Shown here piece after piece: positions 8,313-19,059 of a stretch of 64,000 bases of DNA (positions within the stretch are counted from its first letter, which is position 1; the number at the start of each line of letters is the position of its first letter). The notes beneath the pieces were generated by a model. The model was given only the letters and a program-made list of their open reading frames with translations, searched no databases and was not told the origin of the DNA. A program made the position numbers and the translations under genes. This DNA is from Patescibacteria group bacterium (GTDB taxonomy: Bacteria; Patescibacteriota; Microgenomatia; 2-02-FULL-39-11): the NCBI GenBank assembly GCA_023379265.1, contig JAMCUI010000010.1:200-64199 (forward strand). The letters are read 5' to 3'.

Positions 8313-11081
8313 ATGGACAGAATTTCCGCACTTGCTTTACTTATTTTTCTTTCTCCCTTTTTACTCTTTTTCTTTCTTCTGGTAAAGCTTACTTCTCGCG
8401 GATCTTTCATTTTTAGGCAAACTAGGATTGGAAAAGATAAAAAACCTTTTGAAATCTACAAGATCCGCACTATGGTAAAGGATGCAGAAAATTTAAGAGC
8501 GAAACTGAGAAATCTAAACGAAGCGGATGGTCCTGTTTTTAAGATAAACAATGATCCGAGATTTACCGGAATTGGGAAAGTAATAGCATATATTGGTCTT
8601 GATGAGGTTTTGCAACTTGTAAATATTGTTAAAGGTGAGATGACATATGTCGGTCCCAGGCCTTTGCCGGTATATGAAGCGGTAAACGTTCCGAGAGAAT
8701 ACCAGGAAAGATTTTCGGTCAAGCCGGGTATTACTTCACTTGGAATAGTTAGAGGAACATACAACAACAGTTTTAAGAAATGGATGGAATCTGATCTAGA
8801 ATACATAAAAAAAAGAAACTTATTTCTAGATATATACATCCTGATCTTTACCGTACTTTATATATTGAAATGGTCAACAAAAAATATCTTTTTAGTTTTT
8901 TACCCTTTTGTACTTCTTTTTTATGCTTTTTCTCCTGATTCAGTCTGGTGGTTTCAGATACTCACGTTTTTCTCGGTGGTAATTTTCCTAGGGTTGAATT
9001 TGAGCAAAAAAGTATCCCTTCTTTTCCTTTTACTTATAGTTCTTCTTTTCTTTTCTACATTATTCTCAATAAATAAAATCAGTTCTGTGCCTTTGTTTTT
9101 TTCTTATCTTTTGGTGTTTATTCTCAGTTCTTTCTTTTTTGAAGAAGCAAAAGGTATATTGGTAAAGAGTTATATTCTGGGCACACTTATGATGGGCTTA
9201 TTCTCCTTTTTATATTCAGCAAGCGGGATCATAAGTGGAAAGCCGCATTCCATCTTTGGATTTTTAGACAGAGGCACTAATTTAATCGTACCTTATTTTG
9301 GTTATGCTTTTTATGCAATATTCCTTGTTGCTACGTTTCCTTTCATTCTTGAAAAAATGACCAGCCATAAATCTACTGTTTGGAAACTGATGCTGTTAGT
9401 GTACATTTTATTTTTCGTGACTTCTTTTTCTAAACTGGCACTTTTAGTAGCGGGTTTTGAAGGATTTGTATATTTAATGATCTATAAACCCAAAGACAAA
9501 GTGAAAGTGATAAGTATTTATACCGCTATGGCATTTTTTCTTTTGGCAGTGGTTTATTTCATGAATTTTTTTGTCCTGAATAACCAATGGTTGAAGGGTA
9601 GAATTTATAAACAATCAGTTACTTCAAGAATTGAATATTGGAATCAAAGTATGAAAGCGATACGAGGAAGTAGTATAGATAGGTTGATTGCCGGATATGG
9701 TCTGGATAATTTTTTTGAGCTGTCAAATGTGTATCAGAATAAACCAAATAACTGGACTAGATTTTCGCACAATTATTTTGTTCAATTCTTCATAGAAAAC
9801 GGATTGTTAAGCCTTATTATTCTCATGTTATTTTTATATACTACTGTGAGGAAAAATTTCAGTAAGTATACTATACCCGAGAAACTTTCTTTACTTTCAA
9901 TAACCCTTTTTTCTCTAGCAGGTACTTATGATTTAGGTACAACACCAATACTACTTTTTTTCTTTGTATTGCTTATTAAGGAAATATCCAAAGAGGATGT
10001 AAATAATGTTTTCTTGGGAATAAAAAGCAACATTTCTCGCTTGCCGTTTTTAATCATTTTGGTATTGTTAGTTCTATTCTGGTCACAGTATTTTTATGTT
10101 TATACAAATATTTACTTACAAGTCCATCCCATGATCCAAACAATTGATGTATTTCCCTACGAATCAGCTTTTTGGACACGACTAGTGGACACATCAGTGA
10201 ATTCTCCGGAAAGACTGGTGGAACTGAATAATAAATTAGGTCGGTACTCATCGATGAACGCCGATCTTTATAAGTATGTGCTGCAAACTTTATATACGTC
10301 AGGAGATTACTGCGATATAGTGAATTTGTCCAAACAATATCTGTCAAAAATTCCTTTTGATCTGGATATTCAAAAGGACTTTATAGTAAGTTATTCTAAT
10401 TGTCAATCGCCTCAAAAACAGAATCTGGATGGTTTTTGGGGGACGATCGAGCCTAAATTTGATATTCCCAGCAGCACTCTTTTTCAAATGAGGGATTTCT
10501 TAAATTTTGCCGCAATGTATTATTACAAGGAAAATAAATTAAGCCAGTATCAAAGATGGTTTTCTAAAGCATGGACTATAAAGACAGACAATGCGAATGA
10601 TTCATGGTATGAGCAAATCCTTGACCAGCCTTTCCAGGCACTTCCTGTTGAGCGAGGATTAAAAATCGAGTTATCTATGAAATCGGAAGGGGGTTTTTCA
10701 GCAATTGAACTACTAGGAAAATTTAATAGTGACACAAGGATGAAATGGGATGGGAGAAAGATGCTAATTGGGTTTACAGATAATGGAAAGATTTTTTATA
10801 TAGATATGTATACTGGGGATTCCAATAAACCGCTAGTCTTGTTAAACCAAAAAATTGAAGAAAAAGCCAGTCATTTGATTTTTTTAATTAACGAGGCAGG
10901 AAATAATATTTGGATTACTGATAAATCTGGTATCAGCATAGCAAATATTGATATCAAAAAAATGACTAATAACAGTCTTTGGGAAGGAATATTTCCAGAT
11001 AAAAAGATATATTTGGGTTATGGGATATCTCCACATTCATCTTTAAGCATAAATAAATTTATCATACTGCCTACAAAATAG
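8313..11081 (+). CDS. Fusion of phosphoglycosyltransferase (Bac_transf), O-antigen-ligase-like (Wzy_C) membrane domain and a soluble C-terminal domain
   Basis: FEIYKIRTM, DPRFT..G, LDE..QLVNI..GEM..VGPRP, KPGIT; then many TM helices with SR..YW, GYGLDNF and HNYFVQ. Confidence 0.85.
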   Translation: MDRISALALLIFLSPFLLFFFLLVKLTSRGSFIFRQTRIGKDKKPFEIYKIRTMVKDAENLRAKLRNLNEADGPVFKINNDPRFTGIGKVIAYIGLDEVLQLVNIVKGEMTYVGPRPLPVYEAVNVPREYQERFSVKPGITSLGIVRGTYNNSFKKWMESDLEYIKKRNLFLDIYILIFTVLYILKWSTKNIFLVFYPFVLLFYAFSPDSVWWFQILTFFSVVIFLGLNLSKKVSLLFLLLIVLLFFSTLFSINKISSVPLFFSYLLVFILSSFFFEEAKGILVKSYILGTLMMGLFSFLYSASGIISGKPHSIFGFLDRGTNLIVPYFGYAFYAIFLVATFPFILEKMTSHKSTVWKLMLLVYILFFVTSFSKLALLVAGFEGFVYLMIYKPKDKVKVISIYTAMAFFLLAVVYFMNFFVLNNQWLKGRIYKQSVTSRIEYWNQSMKAIRGSSIDRLIAGYGLDNFFELSNVYQNKPNNWTRFSHNYFVQFFIENGLLSLIILMLFLYTTVRKNFSKYTIPEKLSLLSITLFSLAGTYDLGTTPILLFFFVLLIKEISKEDVNNVFLGIKSNISRLPFLIILVLLVLFWSQYFYVYTNIYLQVHPMIQTIDVFPYESAFWTRLVDTSVNSPERLVELNNKLGRYSSMNADLYKYVLQTLYTSGDYCDIVNLSKQYLSKIPFDLDIQKDFIVSYSNCQSPQKQNLDGFWGTIEPKFDIPSSTLFQMRDFLNFAAMYYYKENKLSQYQRWFSKAWTIKTDNANDSWYEQILDQPFQALPVERGLKIELSMKSEGGFSAIELLGKFNSDTRMKWDGRKMLIGFTDNGKIFYIDMYTGDSNKPLVLLNQKIEEKASHLIFLINEAGNNIWITDKSGISIANIDIKKMTNNSLWEGIFPDKKIYLGYGISPHSSLSINKFIILPTK

Positions 11082-11087
11082 TTTTAT

Positions 11088-12194
11088 ATGGTAAACATCC
11101 TTTTTCTTCTAAATGAGTTGGATGATATCTCCCATACCAGGATGACGCTTGATATTGTTTCCAGCCTGGACAAAAGAAAATACAATCCATATGTGTATAG
11201 TTTGAAAAGAAAAGGCAGTTTAGAGAAAGAATTTAAGAGCCTAGTGAAGGAACATTTTTATATTTCCTCAGAGAATGTAATTGGGGATGTATTGAGTATA
11301 AAAAATATTATTTCAAAATCAGAAATAAGCATAGTGCAAACCCCAGCTTTACGAAGTGACTTTACGATTTTTGCAGTGAGATTGTTGTATTTCGGCCGAC
11401 GGCCGTTTTTTCATATTGCAGTACGCTTCAATTATCTTTTTAAAAATATTTCTCTTTACCACATTGCTAAAAAAATATTGTATCTAATATCTATCCGTAT
11501 AGCTGACTTAAACGTGTGTGTAGGGAAACATATCCGGAATAGATTAATAGAAAACTTAAAAATACCCTCCAAAAAAGTTTGTTTTATTCCCAATGTAATT
11601 TCATTCGGGTCAGAAAAGTTGGTAGAGGACAATTTGGGAAAGAATTTTAACTTAAAAAGAGATATACCAATAATTTTATATACAGGGTCGTTAATTGAAA
11701 GGAAAAATACTGTTTTCCTTGTTAAATGCTTGGCTTTAGTAAAACGTCCTTATTACTGTTTCTTAGTTGGAGAGGGTCCTGAAAGGAAAAAAATCGCAGG
11801 TTTAATAGATCAATTGAATTTGAAAGGAAAGATTATTCTTACCGGTTATTTCCGGCATATCAGTAGTTTCCTGAAAATTGCTGATATATTTGTGATGCCA
11901 TCAAAAGACGAGGGTCTATCTTTGAGCGTAATTGAGGCGATGCACGCAGGTGTACCGTCCATAGTCAGTGATATTGAAGGAAACAGGGAACTAATTGGCA
12001 ATCTGAAGGAGGGTTTGGTGTTTCCACTACAAGACAGCAAGAAGTTCACGTCAGAAATCTCTCTGCTTTTGGAGAATCAGGAATTAAGAAGGAAACTAGG
12101 TGAAAATGCAATAAGAAAAGCTAGGAAATTATATAATTTTAAGAAAATGTTGAATGAATATGATGATTTATACCAGAATGTTTTAAAAGAGTGA
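11088..12194 (+). CDS. Glycosyltransferase family 4
   Basis: DIFVMPSKDEGLSLSVIEAM (EX7E motif). Confidence 0.93.
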   Translation: MVNILFLLNELDDISHTRMTLDIVSSLDKRKYNPYVYSLKRKGSLEKEFKSLVKEHFYISSENVIGDVLSIKNIISKSEISIVQTPALRSDFTIFAVRLLYFGRRPFFHIAVRFNYLFKNISLYHIAKKILYLISIRIADLNVCVGKHIRNRLIENLKIPSKKVCFIPNVISFGSEKLVEDNLGKNFNLKRDIPIILYTGSLIERKNTVFLVKCLALVKRPYYCFLVGEGPERKKIAGLIDQLNLKGKIILTGYFRHISSFLKIADIFVMPSKDEGLSLSVIEAMHAGVPSIVSDIEGNRELIGNLKEGLVFPLQDSKKFTSEISLLLENQELRRKLGENAIRKARKLYNFKKMLNEYDDLYQNVLKE

Positions 12195-12306
12195 ATAAAT
12201 AATTGAATCTTTTCCTAAGTAGGTATTAGAACTTATATCAACATTATTATTTTGAATCAAAACCATCACAGACTGTCAAGCTAAATTTGAGGTTTTGATA
12301 CTAGTT

Positions 12307-13164
12307 TTAGTTCAGGACGTTGATAATTCTCCATCCGTAATCATATTTTGATGTAGTAACATAGATTGTCTGGTTTATTTTAACCTTTTCATTATCTTTA
12401 AAGTAATAAATACCTTTTTCTTTAATAGTTAAAAGGTCCATAGTAACATATAAATCAACCAGATAAGGATCCTGGACAAGATGAGCATTTCCATTGGCGT
12501 CTACAGTGATTCTTTTTGCAGGAGCAGTCTTTTTATCTAAAACTTTCGCTATCGTGTTTCCAGCAAAATCTTTAGTTATGTCTCCTATGTTGATTGAATC
12601 AGCTATCCATGGTTCTACTCCATTAGTAATATAATCAGGACCTCCAACCATCTGAAGAAGAACCTTTTTATGGACTTTTTTCCTGTTATCGGAGATGCCT
12701 TGGATTGCTGTAACAACACCTTCAATAAGAATTCCGTTGGGTTTTACGCTTATTGGTCCTCCTATAGTTAAATCTTTTGATGCGTAAGTATATTTGTGTT
12801 GGTTTTTATTATAAAGGGTATTCAGATGTAACTTGATGTAAGTTTCCTTATAATTTCCATTGGTTTCGTAGGTTTGAATGTCTTTAACTTCGGCGACTGG
12901 TCTACCGAATCCGTCATATTCTGTATTTCCCTTTTTGACAGTATCTATTAGCCACGGAGGCACACTTCGCCATTCACTTAATAATGTGGGATCAGTTGTC
13001 ACTTTCATTTCCACCTCAATCCATTTTTTGGTGTTATGGAAATAGAGAAAGATAAAGAGGAATATTGAGAGGAAAAATAGAATAAAAAGTATTTCAGTAA
13101 ATCCTATACGTTTCCTCAGAGATTGAAATTGATTATTTTTGAGCATAATTATATAGCGTTGCAA
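12307..13164 (-). CDS. Membrane-anchored hypothetical protein (DUF4330-like duplicated beta domain)
   Basis: N-terminal TM helix and two internal repeats 'PW..D.(V/I)..G....D..G...A.V'. Confidence 0.6.
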   Translation of the reverse strand: MQRYIIMLKNNQFQSLRKRIGFTEILFILFFLSIFLFIFLYFHNTKKWIEVEMKVTTDPTLLSEWRSVPPWLIDTVKKGNTEYDGFGRPVAEVKDIQTYETNGNYKETYIKLHLNTLYNKNQHKYTYASKDLTIGGPISVKPNGILIEGVVTAIQGISDNRKKVHKKVLLQMVGGPDYITNGVEPWIADSINIGDITKDFAGNTIAKVLDKKTAPAKRITVDANGNAHLVQDPYLVDLYVTMDLLTIKEKGIYYFKDNEKVKINQTIYVTTSKYDYGWRIINVLN

Positions 13165-14587
13165 ATATTAGTAAGTATAACATAGTCGTAGAATAAACCG
13201 GTTGAAACAACCCATTTAACAAAATACTAATTAGGCTTGAGAGAAAAATATTTCCCTGAATTGTGTTATTCAACAATTTGTTACCTGCGGGCTTTATTTT
13301 TTGAGACAAAAGTGAGAAGAGAAATACAAAAAAGAAGAAAAAAGGTACAAGTCCTATTTCCTCAGCAAGATTAAGATACATATTGTGGGAAGGTGTGGGG
13401 AAATAATACATTTCGCCTTTAGGATTTTCCAGGAACATACCCAGTACACTCATTCCTTGTCCTACTCCAAACAGGGGATATTTCATAACAAGATTTACTG
13501 ATTCACTGAGCTGATTTATGCGGAATAAACCGCTGCCACCTTCGGCAAAAGTAATATCACTTTTTTGCAGTCTCGGCAGTACGAGAAATATTCCTATTGG
13601 TATGAATAAAATAATTGTACAAAAAATTACTTTCATGTATTCCCAGTCAAAAGATAATCTATATTTTTTTTCAAAAATAAAAGTTAGGGGCAAGGTGACG
13701 AGAAACAATACCAGCCAGGATGATCTGCTGAGGCTTAGGAGTATTCCAGTTAGACCGAATATAAATCCAGGAATAATAAACTTATTGTTTATTGTTTGTT
13801 TCAGGAAGCCGTGAAGGAAAAAGGCAATAGTCAACGGCAGAAGAAAATTGGCCAAATCATTTGGGTGGTTAAATGTACCCCAGGGCCTAAACCAGTTTTG
13901 GCTAAGATCTGTTCCTTCAATGAGAATATTGTGGAAAAAGACTAGACTGGGAAAGAGGGAAGATTTGGTAATGTATTGAAAAAGTGCCCAGATTCCTTCA
14001 TAAACAACTAAAATTGAGAAAAAGTTGAGGAGATCCGTAATGAAATTTTTGTTATTTACCACTTCCTTCCTGAGGAGCAAAAAAAAGGGCAATAAGAGTG
14101 CAAAATAAATCCAATAGACTATTGAGATTCTAGGATTTAGTGAGATCAGTGCTGAGATAAAGGATAGAAGGAGGAAGACAAGAAAAATCTTTGTGTATTT
14201 GTCCAAGCTTATGGTATTTCTAAGATAAGAATAAATGGACCAGATAGCAATTAGAAGTCCTATGAAAAAGGATGGTCCAAGGATAATGAAATCCTCATAT
14301 CCCTGATATCCCTGTATCCAATGTCCATAGTATAGGCTTGATAGTGGAATGAGTATAAATTCAAAAGTTTTTCCGACGGAGAACAGGTTAAAGAGGAGAA
14401 AAGTAAAAATGAGGCCTTTTGATAAGGATTTGAGGATATATACGGATAAAAGCAAGTAGGCAAATGCCGCTGCAATTATTGTTTTATTATCGATATTGAA
14501 ACATAAGGCAATCAGAAAAATGATTGTAAAATGGATGAAGTATTTTTCCTGGAAGAATAGACGATATCTTTTTAGAATTTTTATCAT
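13133..14587 (-). CDS. O-antigen ligase/polymerase (Wzy_C) family membrane protein
   Basis: RPWGTFNHPN, SLSRSSW, PLFGVGQG, HNMYL. Confidence 0.9.
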   Translation of the reverse strand: MIKILKRYRLFFQEKYFIHFTIIFLIALCFNIDNKTIIAAAFAYLLLSVYILKSLSKGLIFTFLLFNLFSVGKTFEFILIPLSSLYYGHWIQGYQGYEDFIILGPSFFIGLLIAIWSIYSYLRNTISLDKYTKIFLVFLLLSFISALISLNPRISIVYWIYFALLLPFFLLLRKEVVNNKNFITDLLNFFSILVVYEGIWALFQYITKSSLFPSLVFFHNILIEGTDLSQNWFRPWGTFNHPNDLANFLLPLTIAFFLHGFLKQTINNKFIIPGFIFGLTGILLSLSRSSWLVLFLVTLPLTFIFEKKYRLSFDWEYMKVIFCTIILFIPIGIFLVLPRLQKSDITFAEGGSGLFRINQLSESVNLVMKYPLFGVGQGMSVLGMFLENPKGEMYYFPTPSHNMYLNLAEEIGLVPFFFFFVFLFSLLSQKIKPAGNKLLNNTIQGNIFLSSLISILLNGLFQPVYSTTMLYLLIFATLYNYAQK

Positions 14588-15753
14588 AAAGATTGATAGA
14601 TACTTTTTACTGATCTGGCGATAAACTCCCAGGAAAATTCCTTTTCGGCAAAAAGGCGGCCTCGTGTCGAAATTTTTCGGGCTTTACCTGGATTGCGAAA
14701 AATCTCAAGAATAGTATCTCCTATGGATTTTGGAGAATATTGGCTTAAAAAACCTATTTTATATTTCTGGACAAGATTTCCTACATCACCGACTTTGTTT
14801 GTGACAACCGGAATTCCTGTCGCCAAATAGTCTCCGAATTTCATTGGAAATCTTGCTTTGTTGGTCAAATTATCTGCCATGGGTAATAGTCCTACATCAG
14901 CTGAATTCAAATAAAGCCTTAAAGTTTTCTTGGGTACATTCTCCCTGATGAGTATATCACCTGTATTAACATAAGCTTGATATAGCCTCAAAACTTTCTT
15001 GGAAAATTTTCCCACAAGAATAAGTATTGAGTCTGGATTTCTGGAATGTAGATATACAAAGGAATCAATGACCATTTGGATATCATAGAGGACAAATCCA
15101 GGGAAAATACAAATATTTTTATCCAACGGAAGATTTAGGGCTTTTCTGGCTTTTGTTTTATCGGAAGGAAAAATGTTTCTGATATCAGCTCCGTTTGGAA
15201 GAATTACAATTTTATCTACTTTAATTCCAAGCTTTATAGCTCGTTTCTGGAGTAAACTGCTTGCTACAGTGGTGTAATCAGCAAATTTGCGGAAATACTC
15301 CTCAAAGAAGGTTTCGATAGGGGAAAAGAGAGCGTTGAGTACTTTATTTGGACGCAGTGTGATTGCTCCCCCTTTTCCCCACCAGTCAGACCAATCGATA
15401 ACAAGAGGTATGTTTTTCTTGAATTTCTTATAAAATAATGCAGGAATGATGACTGTCGGCCTAGTATCAAAAGCATGTATCAGGTCATATTGTTTATCCT
15501 TCAAATATGCACATCTTCTGATTACATTTAAGGGGTCCCAACCTGTTCTTAGACTACCCCAGAGCAAATCCGGAGTTTCGACGATTTTCACTTTATCTTC
15601 CGTGTATTGGTGATATCTAATTCTGTTAGTTGGGGAATTGGTAAGGATCGTTACTTCATGACCTAGTAAGACCAGTTCTTTAGCTAGAGAAAAGCATCTG
15701 TGATATGTACTTCTGCCCTTTACATTATGGTTAAGATACAAGATTCTACACAT
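14584..15753 (-). CDS. Glycosyltransferase family 4
   Basis: GT-B fold; NGAD, FPMKFGDYLATGIPVV. Confidence 0.9.
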   Translation of the reverse strand: MCRILYLNHNVKGRSTYHRCFSLAKELVLLGHEVTILTNSPTNRIRYHQYTEDKVKIVETPDLLWGSLRTGWDPLNVIRRCAYLKDKQYDLIHAFDTRPTVIIPALFYKKFKKNIPLVIDWSDWWGKGGAITLRPNKVLNALFSPIETFFEEYFRKFADYTTVASSLLQKRAIKLGIKVDKIVILPNGADIRNIFPSDKTKARKALNLPLDKNICIFPGFVLYDIQMVIDSFVYLHSRNPDSILILVGKFSKKVLRLYQAYVNTGDILIRENVPKKTLRLYLNSADVGLLPMADNLTNKARFPMKFGDYLATGIPVVTNKVGDVGNLVQKYKIGFLSQYSPKSIGDTILEIFRNPGKARKISTRGRLFAEKEFSWEFIARSVKSIYQSL

Positions 15754-15761
15754 GGGTATGT

Positions 15762-16883
15762 TTAGTGGATGTTTGGCAACAATGTTTTAAGATATTTTGA
15801 TATTGCTTTTTCGGAATAATATTTCTTTACATCATTTTGGGCATTTTTGCCAATTTTTGTGCGTAAATTTGGATTTCTCAGTAGTAGTTTGACCCGGTGT
15901 GCATACCCGGAAATAGTGTTTTCAATAAAAGCAGTTTTGCCGTTTAAGAGGTAGTCGTTTGAACCGGGACACCTTTTTACCACGGCGCATAATCCGGCGG
16001 CCATGGCTTCCATTAACACGACAGGCATTCCCTCATAGTCTGAGCTCATAGCAAAGATTTTTACGTTCCTAAAAAAAGGAGAGAGATTTTGCACTCCGTT
16101 TTTTATTTGGACATTTGTTTCCAAATGGTTGTTTTTTATAAATTGTAATACCTCTTCTTTTTGTTTGCCGTCTCCTATGAAACAGGTTTTAATATCAGGG
16201 ATGTCTGCTTTTACGTTTTTAATCACGTTAAGCAAAAAGAGAAGGTTTTTTTGCTTATCGAATCTTCCTGCGTACAGAAAATCAAGTTCCGGTTTAGCAC
16301 CCAGTTTGCCTATACGCATCAGGGTCCAGTTCGGAATGACTACTATTTTATTTTTCGGGACGGAAAAGTTATTCACTAAATCGTCTTTTGATGCGTGAGT
16401 AGGTGAAATAATGACATCTGCGATGGGATAAAAAAAGGGAATAAGGTACCATTTTATTTTTGAGTCTACATAAGGCGAGGTCAGTATATCTTCATTTAGG
16501 ACGATACGAGTTTTTTGCCAAAAGAGAACTTTTGCCGCAATAATTGACAGGAAGGAGGTATAATCCAGAAAAGTTAAGAGAGTAGTTGGTTTTAGACTGA
16601 AGATCTTCCAGATCATATAGAGAGTGAAGGGAATATGGAGTTTTCCGTTGAAAAATTGGGGTCTGTAATATATTTTTGAGTTCGAGTTATCTAATTGATT
16701 GTCCATTCTGAACCTGGTTTTGTCCCTAAGCAGTATATGGAAACGGCAATTCTTATACCGGCCATTTTTACAATAGTGGGACATATCGACAATTTTTTTC
16801 TGTATGCCTCCGATCCCAAAATTCCAGAAAACTATTAACACATTAGTGATTTTTGTTGCGTCATTCATAAAAAACCATTCCAC
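15762..16883 (-). CDS. Glycosyltransferase family 4
   Basis: GGIQ, GRFDKQKN, SDYEGMPVVLMEAM. Confidence 0.92.
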   Translation of the reverse strand: MEWFFMNDATKITNVLIVFWNFGIGGIQKKIVDMSHYCKNGRYKNCRFHILLRDKTRFRMDNQLDNSNSKIYYRPQFFNGKLHIPFTLYMIWKIFSLKPTTLLTFLDYTSFLSIIAAKVLFWQKTRIVLNEDILTSPYVDSKIKWYLIPFFYPIADVIISPTHASKDDLVNNFSVPKNKIVVIPNWTLMRIGKLGAKPELDFLYAGRFDKQKNLLFLLNVIKNVKADIPDIKTCFIGDGKQKEEVLQFIKNNHLETNVQIKNGVQNLSPFFRNVKIFAMSSDYEGMPVVLMEAMAAGLCAVVKRCPGSNDYLLNGKTAFIENTISGYAHRVKLLLRNPNLRTKIGKNAQNDVKKYYSEKAISKYLKTLLPNIH

Positions 16884-16947
16884 AATAAGCGGAATAATTG
16901 TTAGAATTATATAATGTTTTCACTAAAAAGAAATTAAAGGAACTGTT

Positions 16948-18111
16948 ATGAGCAATAATAGTAATTTTCTTTTTATATTGCCATTTTATAACAGGGAAAA
17001 CTGGACTGCAGATTACCAAAAGCAGACAGTAAATAAACTCTCTAAGAGATATTCTGTCGTGGTTTATTGTGAATACAATAAGACCTATGTGAAAGAATTA
17101 ATCAGTTTAAGAAAAAAGCCAATCAGGCTTTTATACAAGTCTAAAGGGGTATATTATTACTCACAGGTAGACTTGTTACCCTTTATACGTTTTGAGACGG
17201 TAAAGAGAATAAATGCTTTTATAAACGCTCTTTTATTATTTCTGTTGATCCGCAAAAATCTGTTCTCAAAGAAAATAGTGGTCTGGGGTTTTCATCCTGA
17301 AGTGGCTGATTTTCGTAAATATTTCCCATTTCGCAATTATTCCATATATGATTGTGTGGATTTCTTCAGTTCTGTTATTCCCGAACATAGCCGAATAATC
17401 AAACGACAAGAGAAGTATATCATGAACAAGTTTGACCTGGTGACCGTGAATTCAACAATACTTCTTTCCCATCATAAAAAGGTAAGAGAGAATATCAAGC
17501 TTGTTCCCTTGGGATTTTCTCCTCCTTCAAAAAAAATTACGGCTAAACGCAGCCTTCCGGGAGACAGGCCAATTATAGGCTACGCGGGAGCTCTAAATTA
17601 CAGATTGGATTATAAGTTATTAAGAAAGTTAGTTGAGGGAAATAAACAATGGATGTTCGTTTTTTGGGGTCCGCGACAGAAAGATATCCAAGATAGCATG
17701 TTTGATGTGGATAAAGAAATAGAGTATTTATTTTCCCTGCCAAACGTGATTCACGGCCAATCAACTACAAGAGATAATGTTTATTCAATGATTAAACAAT
17801 TTGATATTTGTATAATTCCGTATAATACAAAGTTAGACTTTAATAAGTATTGTTTCCCTATGAAATTATTTGAATATTTTTATGTGGGTAAACCAGTTAT
17901 GTCAACTTCTATTAAGGAACTCGGCCGTTATCCAAAATTTATTAAAATAGGTGATAGCGTAAAGGAATGGGAAGATGGTATAAAGATGTTACTAGGGCGG
18001 TCATGGCCGGCGGATAGTAAAATGGAAGAAAGGCTGATTGCAGAGGAAAACAGATGGGAGAAAAAAATAAACGAAATTATAGAATTAATCAATAATGGAA
18101 AAAAATTTTAA
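16948..18111 (+). CDS. GT-B glycosyltransferase (TuaH-like)
   Basis: IYDCVD, IGYAGAL..RLD, PMKLFEYF..GKPV. Confidence 0.87.
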   Translation: MSNNSNFLFILPFYNRENWTADYQKQTVNKLSKRYSVVVYCEYNKTYVKELISLRKKPIRLLYKSKGVYYYSQVDLLPFIRFETVKRINAFINALLLFLLIRKNLFSKKIVVWGFHPEVADFRKYFPFRNYSIYDCVDFFSSVIPEHSRIIKRQEKYIMNKFDLVTVNSTILLSHHKKVRENIKLVPLGFSPPSKKITAKRSLPGDRPIIGYAGALNYRLDYKLLRKLVEGNKQWMFVFWGPRQKDIQDSMFDVDKEIEYLFSLPNVIHGQSTTRDNVYSMIKQFDICIIPYNTKLDFNKYCFPMKLFEYFYVGKPVMSTSIKELGRYPKFIKIGDSVKEWEDGIKMLLGRSWPADSKMEERLIAEENRWEKKINEIIELINNGKKF

Positions 18112-18229
18112 AACTTTGGATGAATTTTTATAGTAAATAGATTTCCGTAGTCAATAAGTTCTTTTTTTACCCCTTTTAAACCAAAATTATAATTGATATA
18201 AAAATACATAGAATTAACGAATTAATAAA

Positions 18230-19015
18230 ATGAAGATGAGAGATAAAGTAACAAGATATTTTGATTTTCTTTTAGTGATGACTATTAAAGAAATAAAAGC
18301 AAGATACAAGAGTGCTGTTTTGGGATTTCTCTGGATGTTTCTTAATCCATTGCTTCAAATGATTATTATAGGTCTAATTTTTTCGAATTTTATTAAAGTT
18401 CCTATTAATAATTACTTTCTTTTTTTATTTCCAGGTCTTTTAGCTTGGAATTTTTTTTCTTATTCAATTACAAAAGCAACTCCATCAATTGTTTATGAAA
18501 GAACTTTGATTCAGAAGTCTAATTTTCCTCGCGAAGCGATTCCATTATCTATAGTACTATCAAATTTTTTTCATTTTTTAATTTCTATCTGCTTGTTTAT
18601 TTTTTTTCTAATAATAATAGGAAATTTTAAGAATGGTAATATTTTGAGCTCAAGTATCTATTTGTTTTTTTCGATATTTTGGCTTCTAATTTTCACATGT
18701 GGAGTATCATTATTGTCCTCGTCTCTTAACGTGAGGTTTCGCGATGTAAATTTTTTTATTCAAGCCTTGGTTTTACTCTGGTTTTATGCTACTCCTGTTA
18801 TTTTTTCTCTAAGGGTACTCCCTAGCAATTATTTGTGGATTTTTCAATTTAACCCCTTAACGTATATTTTCGAAATCATACACAATAGTTTAATTAATAC
18901 CCCTTTTCCTCAAAAAGATATCCTCTTAAGTAATTTAGTTCTTTCAATTATTATTGTTATTTTGGGATTTATTGTATTTATGAAAAATAGTCAAAATTTT
19001 TCTGATTGGTTATAA
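18230..19015 (+). CDS. wzm: Polysaccharide ABC exporter permease
   Basis: KARYKSAVLGFLW..LNPL, RFRD, FYATPVIF, NPL. Confidence 0.93.
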   Translation: MKMRDKVTRYFDFLLVMTIKEIKARYKSAVLGFLWMFLNPLLQMIIIGLIFSNFIKVPINNYFLFLFPGLLAWNFFSYSITKATPSIVYERTLIQKSNFPREAIPLSIVLSNFFHFLISICLFIFFLIIIGNFKNGNILSSSIYLFFSIFWLLIFTCGVSLLSSSLNVRFRDVNFFIQALVLLWFYATPVIFSLRVLPSNYLWIFQFNPLTYIFEIIHNSLINTPFPQKDILLSNLVLSIIIVILGFIVFMKNSQNFSDWL

Positions 19016-19059
19016 TAATCATTTTTAAATTTCTAAATTCCATTTTAATAGCATAAAAA

